A stretch of DNA of 64,000 bases from Spirochaetia bacterium (lineage in GTDB: Bacteria > Spirochaetota > Spirochaetia > UBA9216), in assembly GCA_963677925.2 (NCBI GenBank), contig CAXXYH010000004.1:1024001-1088000 (forward strand), written 5' to 3'. The notes beneath the pieces are model-generated. The model was given only the letters and a program-made list of their open reading frames with translations. It was not told the DNA's origin and did not search any database. The position numbers and the translations under genes were made by a program. Positions within the stretch are counted from its first letter, which is position 1. Each line of letters begins with the position of its first letter. Of the stretch, positions 48,835 through 58,434 are shown one piece after another.

Positions 48835-49665
48835 TTACTGTTCTAAGATAATCGATATAGCCTCAGCTACCCCATCGTGGTTGTTGTCTGCCTTTGTTAC
48901 AAAGCTGGCAGCTTCCTTAATCAGGTCAATCGCATTTGCGACAGCAATTGAAGTTCCTGCGCCCCTGAACATTTCTAGATCATTGAACTCATCCCCGATA
49001 ACTGCAGCTTCTTCAATACCAATACCAAGCGCTCCGCAAAGAGTTTTAAGCCCCTCTTCCTTGGTTATTCCGCTCTGCATGATATCAAGCAGGTTGTAGT
49101 CTGAGCGTGTAACCTGCACCCCGCATTCGGCCTCTATTTTCTGCTTTATTTCATCCATCATGGAGATGTCTTCAGGAATTACAAGGACCTTGAAAAGATC
49201 CTCTTCAGTGTTTCTGATAAAGCTTGTGTAATCCGGGTCAATAAACATTTTTACGCGTCGATCTTCGGGAAGGCCGGCATTCAGCTTCTGGTAAAGCAAG
49301 ATTTTATTTGTGGCGCTTTTTCCGTAGATAGTATTGTCGGCGTAGATATGGAAATCGGTTCCGTATCTTCTGGATATTTCGATAATTGATTCTGTCTGCT
49401 CTTTCGTCAGCGGACGGGCTCCGTATCTCTGCTTTGTGACCGGGTTCCGAACTATTGCCCCATTGCAGGAAATTACCGGCATATCAATCTCTAATTCATC
49501 AATATAGTGCCTGATCATTGAATCATGCCGGCCGGTTGCAATTACAAACTGCACCCCGGCTTTTTCAAGTTTTTTTACTGCGGCGATATTGCCCTCTGAT
49601 ATATGTTTGCTGCTGTTCAGCAGGGTTCCGTCCATATCGCATGCTACAAGTTTAATTCTGCTCAT
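48835..49665 (-). CDS. Cof-type HAD hydrolase
   Basis: CDMDGTLL, ATGR, CNGA, GITK and GDEFNDLEM motifs. Confidence 0.92.
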   Translation of the reverse strand: MSRIKLVACDMDGTLLNSSKHISEGNIAAVKKLEKAGVQFVIATGRHDSMIRHYIDELEIDMPVISCNGAIVRNPVTKQRYGARPLTKEQTESIIEISRRYGTDFHIYADNTIYGKSATNKILLYQKLNAGLPEDRRVKMFIDPDYTSFIRNTEEDLFKVLVIPEDISMMDEIKQKIEAECGVQVTRSDYNLLDIMQSGITKEEGLKTLCGALGIGIEEAAVIGDEFNDLEMFRGAGTSIAVANAIDLIKEAASFVTKADNNHDGVAEAISIILEQ

Positions 49666-49672
49666 TATATTC

Positions 49673-51568
49673 CTACCAGCTTCCTCCGCCTCCGCCGCCG
49701 GAACCGCCTCCCGATGAGCCCCCTGATGAACTGCCTCCGCCTGAAGATGAGGGTGAGGAGTTCATTGAGCTGTTGAGAGTGTTGAATCCTGTTTGAAGAT
49801 TTTCTGCAAACCCAACCGGTGAAAACGAAGTTTTTCTGTAGCTATGGTACCATGTAGGAGGCTGGATTGTCATCCCTTCAAAATGTTCGGCCCACTTCCT
49901 GGTGAGTCCGAATACCAGAGCGTATGGCAGAATATTGTAGTAGTATTCCGGATTACTTTCGAACATTGCCTCAAGTTTTTCCTTTTCAGCTGTTTTTATA
50001 AATTCCCTGAATCCAAGAACCTTTTCGAGGATCTCATCACCGCGTTTTGTCCTTTTAGGCATCAGATGAACGAATACAGCTGAAATATAGCAGCTGAGTA
50101 CTGCGCCTACAAAAACTGTAAGCGGAACTCCGCCCTCAAAGACCATGATGAAAAGAAATATACTGTGCGAAATAATCCCGAAGATAAGCCCGAAAAATAA
50201 GGCTGACTTTCTCATGCTACCTGATGCTCCTGCTGAGGGTACAAGCGCTGAACTTATTAGAAAGGCCGGGATAAGGATGAACATGCTGAAAGGTATTCCT
50301 AACACCGCAGGAGGGCCTCCGGAGCCTGAAAGCCCCGAAAATCCCTGAACAGTCATCACTATTACAGGGAGGGCTGCGAGCAGCCCGCCGATGAAGGTGT
50401 ATTTTCCGGTCTTCTTTTCATAAATACGCCTTTCCTTATTATCAGTAAAACCTTTCTTAACCCTGCGGCCTGTTTCATTTACAGTTGAATAGAATTTATT
50501 AACAAGGTCTTTTGTTTCTACCGAGCTTCCATCGCCGTATGTGTTAAACAGTTTCTTGAACATGTACTTTTCATATGAGTACGCTTCGCTTCCGAGCTCC
50601 TTATTTTTGGTGATAAGCATGTTCTTTTTTGCAAAAAGACCTTCTCCAGCTGTTTTGTCTTCTATCTCGATGTAACCCCTGTCAGCCCAGTAAATGAGCA
50701 GCGCTGTTACATCCTTGCTGTCAACGCTGCCGTCTATGATATAACCGATTTCAGCAGGGGTGAGACCCTCCGGAGCCTCGAACTCCACCGACGGGTAGAG
50801 CTTGTTGTCGCGGCCCTTGAAAAACCACAGCAGCCCGGTAAGGATGATCACCAGAATCTGAAGAGGAAGTCCGAAGATTGTGAAAAACAGTTTCTTAAAA
50901 TCAATATGGCGGGCCGGGTTTACCCAGTAGCCTTCAGGGAGGGGGAGGGCAACGGTGAGGGCGTCGTAGTAGTCGAGCTTTGACTTTGTTCTGCCGGTAA
51001 TGACTGTGCCGCTGACCTTCCATTCCACATTTGTATTATCAGTGTTTCCGATTGGGCCGGAGGTAAAATTAAGCCGGCTTTTATCAAAATCAAAGGGCAT
51101 CTCTATACGGAATTCTGCTCCCCTGATTATGGTATCCCACTGAGCGCCGATCAGATTGTAGTATAGCTCATCCATATCGGGGTTGCGGTCATCGCCTATA
51201 TCATAGGTATAGCTTATTTCATACTTCTGCTGTCCATTAACATAGCTGTCTGCAGAACCTATGCGGATGACCAGATCGTTACCCGATCTTTTTGTTTTGC
51301 TCTGAAAGCCTGCTACATTTATGTCTGAAATCTTTACCGGATGGCCGTCATATGTGGAGAGCGGAATATTCCTGTAGATACCGTGCCGTTCCGCCTGGAA
51401 ATCGACTTCGATGATCTCGGTAATATCATAGGAATTGTTCTCATTTACCCGTATATCAATGTAATAATGGTCAATGATGAAGAATTCATCTGCGGCAGCC
51501 GGCAGCAGAAATCCCGACAATAAAACTGCTGTAAGGGCAAGTTTTTTCAGATTCATTGATATTTTCAT
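49673..51568 (-). CDS. DUF2207 family membrane protein
   Basis: Signal peptide, HGIYR.IP, LYYNLIG..W, ILPYALVFG and Gly/Ser-rich tail ending GGGGGGSW. Coupled to lemA. Confidence 0.9.
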   Translation of the reverse strand: MKISMNLKKLALTAVLLSGFLLPAAADEFFIIDHYYIDIRVNENNSYDITEIIEVDFQAERHGIYRNIPLSTYDGHPVKISDINVAGFQSKTKRSGNDLVIRIGSADSYVNGQQKYEISYTYDIGDDRNPDMDELYYNLIGAQWDTIIRGAEFRIEMPFDFDKSRLNFTSGPIGNTDNTNVEWKVSGTVITGRTKSKLDYYDALTVALPLPEGYWVNPARHIDFKKLFFTIFGLPLQILVIILTGLLWFFKGRDNKLYPSVEFEAPEGLTPAEIGYIIDGSVDSKDVTALLIYWADRGYIEIEDKTAGEGLFAKKNMLITKNKELGSEAYSYEKYMFKKLFNTYGDGSSVETKDLVNKFYSTVNETGRRVKKGFTDNKERRIYEKKTGKYTFIGGLLAALPVIVMTVQGFSGLSGSGGPPAVLGIPFSMFILIPAFLISSALVPSAGASGSMRKSALFFGLIFGIISHSIFLFIMVFEGGVPLTVFVGAVLSCYISAVFVHLMPKRTKRGDEILEKVLGFREFIKTAEKEKLEAMFESNPEYYYNILPYALVFGLTRKWAEHFEGMTIQPPTWYHSYRKTSFSPVGFAENLQTGFNTLNSSMNSSPSSSGGGSSSGGSSGGGSGGGGGGSW

Positions 51569-52116
51569 TAGAATGATACCTTTACGCTGCCGCGCTCAGA
51601 GTCATCTATGTCAAAGTATTCCTTCTTTTCCAGGTGCATCATCGATGCAATCAATGACTGGGGAAAGAGTTCTCTCTTGGTGTTGTACTGCCTTACCACT
51701 GCATTATAATATTTTCTTGCCTGCAGGATGTCGTTTTCAACAGTCTGAAGCTGGTTCTGAAGATTTATAAAGTTTTCATTAGCCTTTAGATCGGGGTAGC
51801 TTTCGCTGAGGGCAAAGAGGCTTTTCAGGCCGGCTGCAAGTGCCTGTTCATTCTGTTTCAGTTCGCCGATACCGCTGGAATTGACCGCCATGTTTCTGGC
51901 TTTTATAACGGCCTCAAGGGTTTCTTTTTCATGGGATGCGTATCCCTTGACTGTCTCAACAAGGTTGGGGATCAGATCCCATCTTTTCTTCAGGTATGCA
52001 TCCATGGTTGAAAATGCCTCTTCCACCTTGTTTTTGATTCCTATAAAGCTGTTGTAGGCTGCTGTGATTATTATTACGATTAAAATGACCAGCGCTGCAG
52101 TAATTATCAGGGTCAT
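51568..52116 (-). CDS. lemA: LemA family protein
   Basis: KRWDLIPNLVETVKGYASHE, ESYPDLKANENF and ARKYYN motifs. Confidence 0.96.
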   Translation of the reverse strand: MTLIITAALVILIVIIITAAYNSFIGIKNKVEEAFSTMDAYLKKRWDLIPNLVETVKGYASHEKETLEAVIKARNMAVNSSGIGELKQNEQALAAGLKSLFALSESYPDLKANENFINLQNQLQTVENDILQARKYYNAVVRQYNTKRELFPQSLIASMMHLEKKEYFDIDDSERGSVKVSF

Positions 52117-52317
52117 GTTTTTCTCCTTGAATTTAATTTTTATCCTGAGGCAATTTCAAAACTGAAAAAGTTTTGCAAGAAGCTCCCTGATTACAGGATA
52201 ACCGATATCATGAGAAAAACAATACCGGACAGAATAAAACTTCCGGACTATACCTGTTAAAATCGCATCGACCGGTGCCAGCCGTCTTTATGTGCTTAAA
52301 GGCGCCTAAAGGCGGCA

Positions 52318-52334
52318 GTTTCACAATGTGAGAC
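52318..52334. promoter_or_regulatory. Palindromic operator upstream of eda (IclR/KdgR-type candidate)
   Basis: GTTTCACA-A-TGTGAGAC, a 17-bp dyad with one mismatch, ~100 bp upstream of eda. Confidence 0.5.
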
Positions 52335-52433
52335 AAATGTTAAGAAAAATAGACGACAAAGCCTGAGCTGAGGCGGGTCTGTTGAAAATTTGAATTCTTT
52401 TAAGTAATGTAAGTGCAAGGAGAAGCTACGATT

Positions 52434-53069
52434 ATGGATAATTTATTTGATCGGATATCAGAACTGAAACTTGTGCCGGTTGTAAAAATAGATAATGCCG
52501 CTGATGCGGTCAGTCTGGGACAGGCGCTGAAAGACGGAGGTCTTCCGGTTGCCGAGGTTACATTCAGAACAGCAGCGGCAGAAGAGGCTATCAGCCTGAT
52601 GGTACGTGAGCATAAGGATATGCTTATTGGTGCCGGAACAGTTCTGAATGTAAAGAATGTTGAAAAGGCAATAAATGCCGGGGCTTCATTTATTGTATCA
52701 CCCGGATTCAATCCCGAGGTTGTGGATTACTGCATTTCACGGCAGATTCCTATCGTTCCCGGTGTTACAAACCCGACACAGGTAGAAATGGGGCTCAGCC
52801 GGGGACTTGATGTCCTGAAATTTTTTCCGGCAGAGGCTGCAGGCGGTCTTAAAATGCTGAAAGCAATGGGTGCCGTTTATGAAGTAAAATACATGCCTAC
52901 AGGCGGAATTGATTCTTCGAATCTTCTGGACTACCTTGCCTATGATAAAATTCTGGCATGCGGTGGCAGCTGGATGGTGAAGGCCGATCTTATTTCAGCA
53001 GGTAAGTTTGATGAAATAACAAGGCTGACCTCGGAAGCCGTGGATCTCATTAAGACACTGAAAAAATAG
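52434..53069 (+). CDS. eda: KDPG/KHG aldolase
   Basis: AEVTFRT, GAGTV, FIVSPG, LKFFPA and MPTGGI motifs. Confidence 0.95.
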   Translation: MDNLFDRISELKLVPVVKIDNAADAVSLGQALKDGGLPVAEVTFRTAAAEEAISLMVREHKDMLIGAGTVLNVKNVEKAINAGASFIVSPGFNPEVVDYCISRQIPIVPGVTNPTQVEMGLSRGLDVLKFFPAEAAGGLKMLKAMGAVYEVKYMPTGGIDSSNLLDYLAYDKILACGGSWMVKADLISAGKFDEITRLTSEAVDLIKTLKK

Positions 53070-53086
53070 AAGTACTGAAAAATAAT

Positions 53087-53142
53087 AAAACCGGAAAGTG
53101 AGATCTCTATTAATTGAGCTTTATTCACTGTTCCGGTTTTTT
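53087..53142. terminator. Bidirectional terminator between eda and rpiB
   Basis: aaaaccggaaagtga ... tcactgttccggtttttt, a long imperfect stem. Confidence 0.65.
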
Positions 53143-53167
53143 ATGCAGAACTGATATTTCGGCAGTC

Positions 53168-53611
53168 TTATCTGTTTTCAAGGGCCATTATTTTATCAAC
53201 CCTTTTCTGATGCCGGCCGCCTTCGAATTTATTATCAAAAAATGAATCAAGCATATCCTCAATACTGTCCCTGTATTCGATTCTGCCGCCGAAGGCTATA
53301 AAGTTGGCGTTGTTATGCTCTCTTGCCATCTGTGAAGCAAAACAGTCCTGGGGAAGAGCGCAGCGTATTCCATCAATCTTGTTTGCTGAAATGGATATTC
53401 CGATTCCGGTTCCGCAGCAGACAATTCCGTAGTCATAAGCTCCGGCGAGGAATTTTGTACAGGCTTTTTCAGCCATATCGGGGTAATCTACCGAATCGGC
53501 AGTGTCGACTCCGATGTTTTCTACTTCATAGCCCTTTTTCTTAAGGTGCACAATAATCCTGTTTTTGAGTTCCACTGCTCCGTGATCGTTTCCTATTATA
53601 ACCTTCATCAT
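53168..53611 (-). CDS. rpiB: Ribose-5-phosphate isomerase B
   Basis: GNDHGA, VDYPD, CGTGIGISISANK, AREHNNAN and FEGGRH motifs. Confidence 0.95.
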   Translation of the reverse strand: MMKVIIGNDHGAVELKNRIIVHLKKKGYEVENIGVDTADSVDYPDMAEKACTKFLAGAYDYGIVCCGTGIGISISANKIDGIRCALPQDCFASQMAREHNNANFIAFGGRIEYRDSIEDMLDSFFDNKFEGGRHQKRVDKIMALENR

Positions 53612-53719
53612 AACTCCTTAACTGTAATTACAGTAATACTATTCAAAAACATGCCCTTTGTCTATTTGGCGGGGATAAGGGATATTGACTGTAAATACGG
53701 GGGTTTTTATTATCAGAGT

Positions 53720-54562
53720 GTGAATAACCTCAATAATGTCTCCTACTTCAGGAATCCCGCTGTTCAAGGAATCGAGCTCTGCCTGAGCATTGATATGCAG
53801 CACTCCTTTCCGCGGCATTCGCATGAAGACTTCTATGCAGTCGGGCTGATGAACCGCGGAGGCAATTCCTGGAACGGCAGTTTTGATGAGGGTTCATTTG
53901 TAAAACCGGGAGATATCGCGGTCATCAATCCGGGGCAGGTTCACTCGGGAATCCCCAGGCCCGGAGAATGCTATACCTACACTATGATGTATATAAGCAA
54001 CGATGCGATGCAGAAGTTCAGCCGCCTTTACCAGGAAACGGCGGATGTGCTGCCTGAGTTTGAGAGTGTGATAATCAGTGACAGCGAACTTTCTGCCGGA
54101 TTCGGCAATCTTGTAAGGGTTGTCAGATCTTCAGTGGATAGTCTGGAGGCTGAAACTGCCGGACTTGAGTTTATAAGCCGGCTGATAAAGGGATATACCG
54201 CAAGCTCCGGCGGTCCCGTACCATCATCAGGAAATGTTCCGGCTTTGAGACGGGCTGCGGATCTGCTTTCATCGGAGCTCGATCGGAAAATAGGGCTGGA
54301 GGAGGCTGCTGCTGAAGCCGGGTTAAGCAGCTATCACTTCCTTAGAACATTCAAGCAGCACTACGGTGTCTCACCGCATACCTACAGGATTCAGAAAAGA
54401 CTGTCTGCAGCCGGAAGGCTTATACGAAGCGGTATGTCCTTTTCCGAGGTGGCGCTTGCCGCCGGTTTCAGTGATCAGAGCCATCTGACAAATACATTCA
54501 GAACCTATACAGGCGCTACACCCCGGCAGTATCAGAACTCGGACAGCAATTTTCTGCAATAA
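53720..54562 (+). CDS. AraC-family regulator (cupin plus HTH)
   Basis: FPRHSHE, INPGQVH, HFLRTFK...SPHTY and GFSDQSH motifs. GTG 53720 lies 6 nt after TTGACT-N17-TATTAT. Confidence 0.9.
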   Translation: MNNLNNVSYFRNPAVQGIELCLSIDMQHSFPRHSHEDFYAVGLMNRGGNSWNGSFDEGSFVKPGDIAVINPGQVHSGIPRPGECYTYTMMYISNDAMQKFSRLYQETADVLPEFESVIISDSELSAGFGNLVRVVRSSVDSLEAETAGLEFISRLIKGYTASSGGPVPSSGNVPALRRAADLLSSELDRKIGLEEAAAEAGLSSYHFLRTFKQHYGVSPHTYRIQKRLSAAGRLIRSGMSFSEVALAAGFSDQSHLTNTFRTYTGATPRQYQNSDSNFLQ

Positions 54563-54603
54563 AAAATATTAACACAATAATAGAATGCATCCTATAAAAG
54601 GCG

Positions 54604-55551
54604 ATGGAGAGACAGATGATGCAGAACAATCATAGTAAAGGCACAGTAATTTCAGTAACAGCAATAATGGCTGCTGTTATTCTCTGGGGATGCTCTTTTG
54701 TAGCCATGCGAATTGTGTTAAGGGTTCTGCCGCCTACGACCGTAGTGTTCACAAGAATGCTGACGGCGCTGATTGTCCTGCTTCCCTTTATTCGAAAACT
54801 AATACCGAAGGATTTCCGATTAGGAGACCTTAGATATATAATTCCGATGGTGCTGTTCCAGCCCTGTCTGTATTTTCTGTTTGAATCAAATGCCCTAACC
54901 CTTACAACCTCAAGCCAGGCGGGTGTTATTGCCGCTTCGGTTCCTGTTCTTGTTGCCATAGGAGCACGGTTTCTGTTCAATGAGAGGATCAGTATGTTTA
55001 CCGTTATAGGCCTCCTTCTTTCGGTCGGAGGGGTTGTTTTTCTTACTATGTTCCAGGGCCACGATGAGAAGGCCGTGAATCCGGTTATGGGCAACCTGCT
55101 GGAGGCTGCGGCTATGCTTTTTGCCGCCGGAAATATGCTTATTATCAAAAGGCTGAGCAGCCGATATAACCCCTGGACACTTACTGCATTTCAGGCTGTT
55201 GCCGGGACTCTGTTTTTTCTGCCCGGAGCTTCCGGCCTGTTGCACAGCGGAACTGCGGTCTGGACTCCCCAGCTTATTATTCTAATGGTTTTTCTGGGTA
55301 CCTTCGTAACACTCGGCGCCTTCGGTATGTATAACTGGGGAATAAGCAGGATCGATGCATCAAAGGCCTCATCATTTATCAATCTTGTGCCGGTGATTAC
55401 AATTATTACCGGCTGGCTTATACTTGGAGAGGGGCTTACACCGGTCCAAACTGCCGCAGCCGCTGTTGTTCTGGCAGGTGTTATAATCGGTCAGAACAGC
55501 AGGGTCCCTAAGTCTGGAAGCCGAAAGAAAACGGCGGCACACGCAGGCTGA
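54604..55551 (+). CDS. DMT/EamA family exporter
   Basis: LWGCSF, FQPCLYF and FINLVPV motifs, ~10 TM. Adjacent to AraC. Confidence 0.9.
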   Translation: MERQMMQNNHSKGTVISVTAIMAAVILWGCSFVAMRIVLRVLPPTTVVFTRMLTALIVLLPFIRKLIPKDFRLGDLRYIIPMVLFQPCLYFLFESNALTLTTSSQAGVIAASVPVLVAIGARFLFNERISMFTVIGLLLSVGGVVFLTMFQGHDEKAVNPVMGNLLEAAAMLFAAGNMLIIKRLSSRYNPWTLTAFQAVAGTLFFLPGASGLLHSGTAVWTPQLIILMVFLGTFVTLGAFGMYNWGISRIDASKASSFINLVPVITIITGWLILGEGLTPVQTAAAAVVLAGVIIGQNSRVPKSGSRKKTAAHAG

Positions 55552-55607
55552 CGTCTCTTTTAATTTACAACTTGTAAAGCGGCAGCCCTGTGCCGATACT
55601 TATAGAT

Positions 55608-56717
55608 ATGAGAAAGGCTGTAATTTTTCTTTTAATGACTGCTGTACAGATCCTTCCCTCTGCGGCGCAGGACCTGAGTATAGGTGTTGAGGATCTCCGG
55701 ATCGAACAGACTATCGAAGGCGGATATTTTCTGTGGGTTAAGGCAAAGGAGGGCATAGGTTCCATCCTTTTGACCGAATCAACGGCAGATCCGCAAAAAC
55801 AGGCTGCCTCGTATGCCCTCAGGGCTCCCGAATACAACAAGTACAACGGTGATGAGAAGCGGATGCTTAACGGTGAGTTTCTCAATCCTGAAAACAAACT
55901 TTATTCACTTATCGATTCAACCCCAGAATATCTGGAAGGTTTCGGGGACGCGTTCAGAATCTTTATTCCCTACATAGTAGTCTATGGTTATTCATGGAGC
56001 CGAAGCGGTGAAATTCTGGTTGTTGACGGCACCTACCTGAGTATCAGGGCTTTCGGAAATAAGTATGCCGATTACGCAGCCGGCTTTAAAGATAATCCTT
56101 TCATAATAGCAGTTGAGCAGATTCCGCTGCCCGGACCTCCCGAGGGTAATTATATGGAAGATACCCTGGAAAGCTATGAAGAAATTGCAAAGGAAGGCCG
56201 TGGCGAGGCTATAAGATGCCTGGGTGAGGAAGATATCCTCAGGGTTCTCGGCGAGATTCTGGACGACGTAGACAGCGGCAGCCTTGATTTGGTTCTTGCC
56301 CTAGATACGACCGCCAGCATGGAAAATGATATTCCCTTCCTGAAAAGAGAGCTTGTTCCGATGCTTAAAGAGATTACAGCCGGATACAGTCATTTCCGCT
56401 TCGGGATGGTTCTGTACAGGGACTATCATGATGAATACCTTACCAGGGTCAGACCCTTTCAGTCAGATTTCAACACCGTGCAGGCGGTCTTGAACAGGAC
56501 GACAGTTTTCGGCGGAAGAGATATTCCCGAGGCTGTGCATGAAGCCCTTTATGAAGGAATACATGCCTTTTCATGGCAGGCGGAAGATCGCAAGCTGATT
56601 CTAATAGGAGATGCCCCTCCCCACGAAAGGCCGCGGGGCAAGGTTACTAAAGAAATGGTTTATGATGATGCAGAAGCTTTTGATATAGAAATAACTACTA
56701 TTATTCTTCCGCAGTAG
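55608..56717 (+). CDS. Exported von Willebrand factor A domain protein
   Basis: Signal peptide. LVLALDTTASM (MIDAS), YRDY, GG.DIPEAV and LIGDAPPH motifs. Confidence 0.85.
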   Translation: MRKAVIFLLMTAVQILPSAAQDLSIGVEDLRIEQTIEGGYFLWVKAKEGIGSILLTESTADPQKQAASYALRAPEYNKYNGDEKRMLNGEFLNPENKLYSLIDSTPEYLEGFGDAFRIFIPYIVVYGYSWSRSGEILVVDGTYLSIRAFGNKYADYAAGFKDNPFIIAVEQIPLPGPPEGNYMEDTLESYEEIAKEGRGEAIRCLGEEDILRVLGEILDDVDSGSLDLVLALDTTASMENDIPFLKRELVPMLKEITAGYSHFRFGMVLYRDYHDEYLTRVRPFQSDFNTVQAVLNRTTVFGGRDIPEAVHEALYEGIHAFSWQAEDRKLILIGDAPPHERPRGKVTKEMVYDDAEAFDIEITTIILPQ

Positions 56718-57096
56718 TATTGTTAATTTTGTCGAGCATCTTCGATGACAGAACTCTCGGCCATGCAGGAAGAATTGCGGCCTCGGGTCTGCTGTACTTG
56801 TCTATTATTCCATTAAAGAGTTTTTCGGCTGTAGTTTTATCACCCATCTTGTAATAAAGGAAAGCAATTTCATATTCGGCCTCAATGATCATTATTGCAT
56901 CATCAGGATACCTTTCTATAAAAGCTTCGTAATAGGCGAGCGCTGTGGAATAGTCATCATAGTCGCTTGATGCAGTCTGGGCGAGTCTGAAGTATTCACC
57001 CGGACTGAGATTTTCATCGATTACAGTTTCGGTTGTTGTGCATGAAGCTGTTAACGCCAGCAGTACTGCTGCGGCTAATATGAATCTTCTTTTCAT
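56701..57096 (-). CDS. Small TPR-like lipoprotein (BamD/YfiO-like helical repeat)
   Basis: Lipobox TASC. A..YYEAFIERYP...EAEYEIAFLYYK motif. Its 3' end overlaps the vWA gene by 17 bp. Confidence 0.75.
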   Translation of the reverse strand: MKRRFILAAAVLLALTASCTTTETVIDENLSPGEYFRLAQTASSDYDDYSTALAYYEAFIERYPDDAIMIIEAEYEIAFLYYKMGDKTTAEKLFNGIIDKYSRPEAAILPAWPRVLSSKMLDKINNTTAEE

Positions 57097-57111
57097 GAAG
57101 ATATATTAGGA

Positions 57112-57444
57112 TTAATAAAGGCTTGTGTAAACCTCATCCTTGATCGGCAGTGTCTTTTTGAGTTCTTTGATAAATTCCTTGGGATCTCCCATCGGCTCAT
57201 AATGACTGCAGGAATCAGGGCTTCTTCTGGCTACGGTAAAGTATTTGTATACTTTTTCTTCTCCGAGCTTTTTCCGCCACATGCCGGCATCGCATCTTAC
57301 TCTCAGACAGTATTGTCCGCCCGCACCGGTTTTTGTTCTCACCAGTTTGCAGTGTACACAATTGGCGCAGTAGATCTTGTTTTCCGAGATAGATTCAGCT
57401 GACTCGACGATGTCATTCATCTTAGTTGCCTGAGCGGTTCCCAT
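57112..57444 (-). CDS. Small Cys-rich hypothetical protein (putative metal-binding)
   Basis: YCANCVHC...C.RVRC...SCSHY. AGGGGG RBS. Confidence 0.75.
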   Translation of the reverse strand: MGTAQATKMNDIVESAESISENKIYCANCVHCKLVRTKTGAGGQYCLRVRCDAGMWRKKLGEEKVYKYFTVARRSPDSCSHYEPMGDPKEFIKELKKTLPIKDEVYTSLY

Positions 57445-57609
57445 GGAATCCCCCTTTTTTTATATTATCTACATAATTAATCGACTGTTTTAATGTATTT
57501 ATTAAGGGTTTGCTGAGCGATTTGTCAGTTAATATTGCTGATAACAAAAAACTCACGTCCATCATTTATATTATTCACATTATAGCACAAAAAAGTTATT
57601 ATCGGGGAT

Positions 57610-58317
57610 ATGATAGCAACATTTATCAATTGTCTAACAATCCTGATCGGATCAGTGATCGGGGTAAAGCTTGGAGATCGGGTTAAAACAGAGCACAATG
57701 AGGTGCTTTTTATGGGAATCGGGATGATATCCCTGGTGATCGGAATCAGAATGTGCTTTGAGTACACAAAGACCCTGTATGTGGTAATTTCTATTACCCT
57801 CGGCGGCTACATCGGCTACCTGATGAACATCGACGGAGCTATTCTGAAATTCGGCAGTTTTCTTGAAAAAAGATTCAGCCGAAAGTCATCCGAAAAAACA
57901 GGGGCCTTCGCTCACGGCTTTCTTAACGGTTCGATCCTCTTCTGCATAGGTGCAATGACGATTGTCGGTTCAATACGGGCCGGAGTTGCAAAGGAATACG
58001 ACCTGCTACTGACCAAGTCGGTAATGGACGGTATTTCATCAATCATATTCGCAGCCGGAATGGGTATAGGTGTGGCTTTTTCCATTATTACCGTACTGGT
58101 TATTCAGGGCGGACTTACCCTGCTTGCTGTATTCTTCGGCGATTTCATACCCCAGCTTGTAATTTCCGAAATATCAGGACTCGGCGGGATAATGATTATA
58201 ATGATAGGCATCAATCTTCTGAAACTGAAAGATATAAAGACTGCAAATTTTCTTCCGGCCCTGGTCCTTGTTGCACTGCTTGCGGCAATCGATCCGATTC
58301 TTCCGTTCAGTATTTAA
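57610..58317 (+). CDS. DUF554 family membrane protein (YqgA/YdfK-like)
   Basis: ATFINC..I..GS, LFCIGAMTIVGS, LLTKSVMDG and ANFLPAL motifs. Confidence 0.92.
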   Translation: MIATFINCLTILIGSVIGVKLGDRVKTEHNEVLFMGIGMISLVIGIRMCFEYTKTLYVVISITLGGYIGYLMNIDGAILKFGSFLEKRFSRKSSEKTGAFAHGFLNGSILFCIGAMTIVGSIRAGVAKEYDLLLTKSVMDGISSIIFAAGMGIGVAFSIITVLVIQGGLTLLAVFFGDFIPQLVISEISGLGGIMIIMIGINLLKLKDIKTANFLPALVLVALLAAIDPILPFSI

Positions 58318-58348
58318 TATGCTACATTACCAATACCTCAACATCAGT

Positions 58349-58379
58349 AAAAAAAAAGCCCCTGCGTTATGCAGAGGCT
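58349..58379 (-). terminator. Intrinsic terminator downstream of hom
   Basis: Stem agcccctgc / gcagaggct, with an A-run on + (U-tract on -). Confidence 0.75.
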
Positions 58380-58434
58380 GAAAATTTTATTTGAAACTTC
58401 CAGTAAAACCATCCGGATTTTTTCGGAGGCTTAA

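Noticed and set aside
52331-52385. c-di-GMP-I riboswitch upstream of eda (GACAAA...GAAA...CAAAGCC look-alike)
   Set aside because: The required P2/P3 pairings and the GGCAAA/GACGCAAAGC consensus are not met by eye. An Infernal/Rfam search would settle it.
53546-53719. Long N-terminal extension of the AraC ORF given by the ORF track
   Set aside because: It overlaps divergent rpiB, and a good promoter sits just before GTG 53720.
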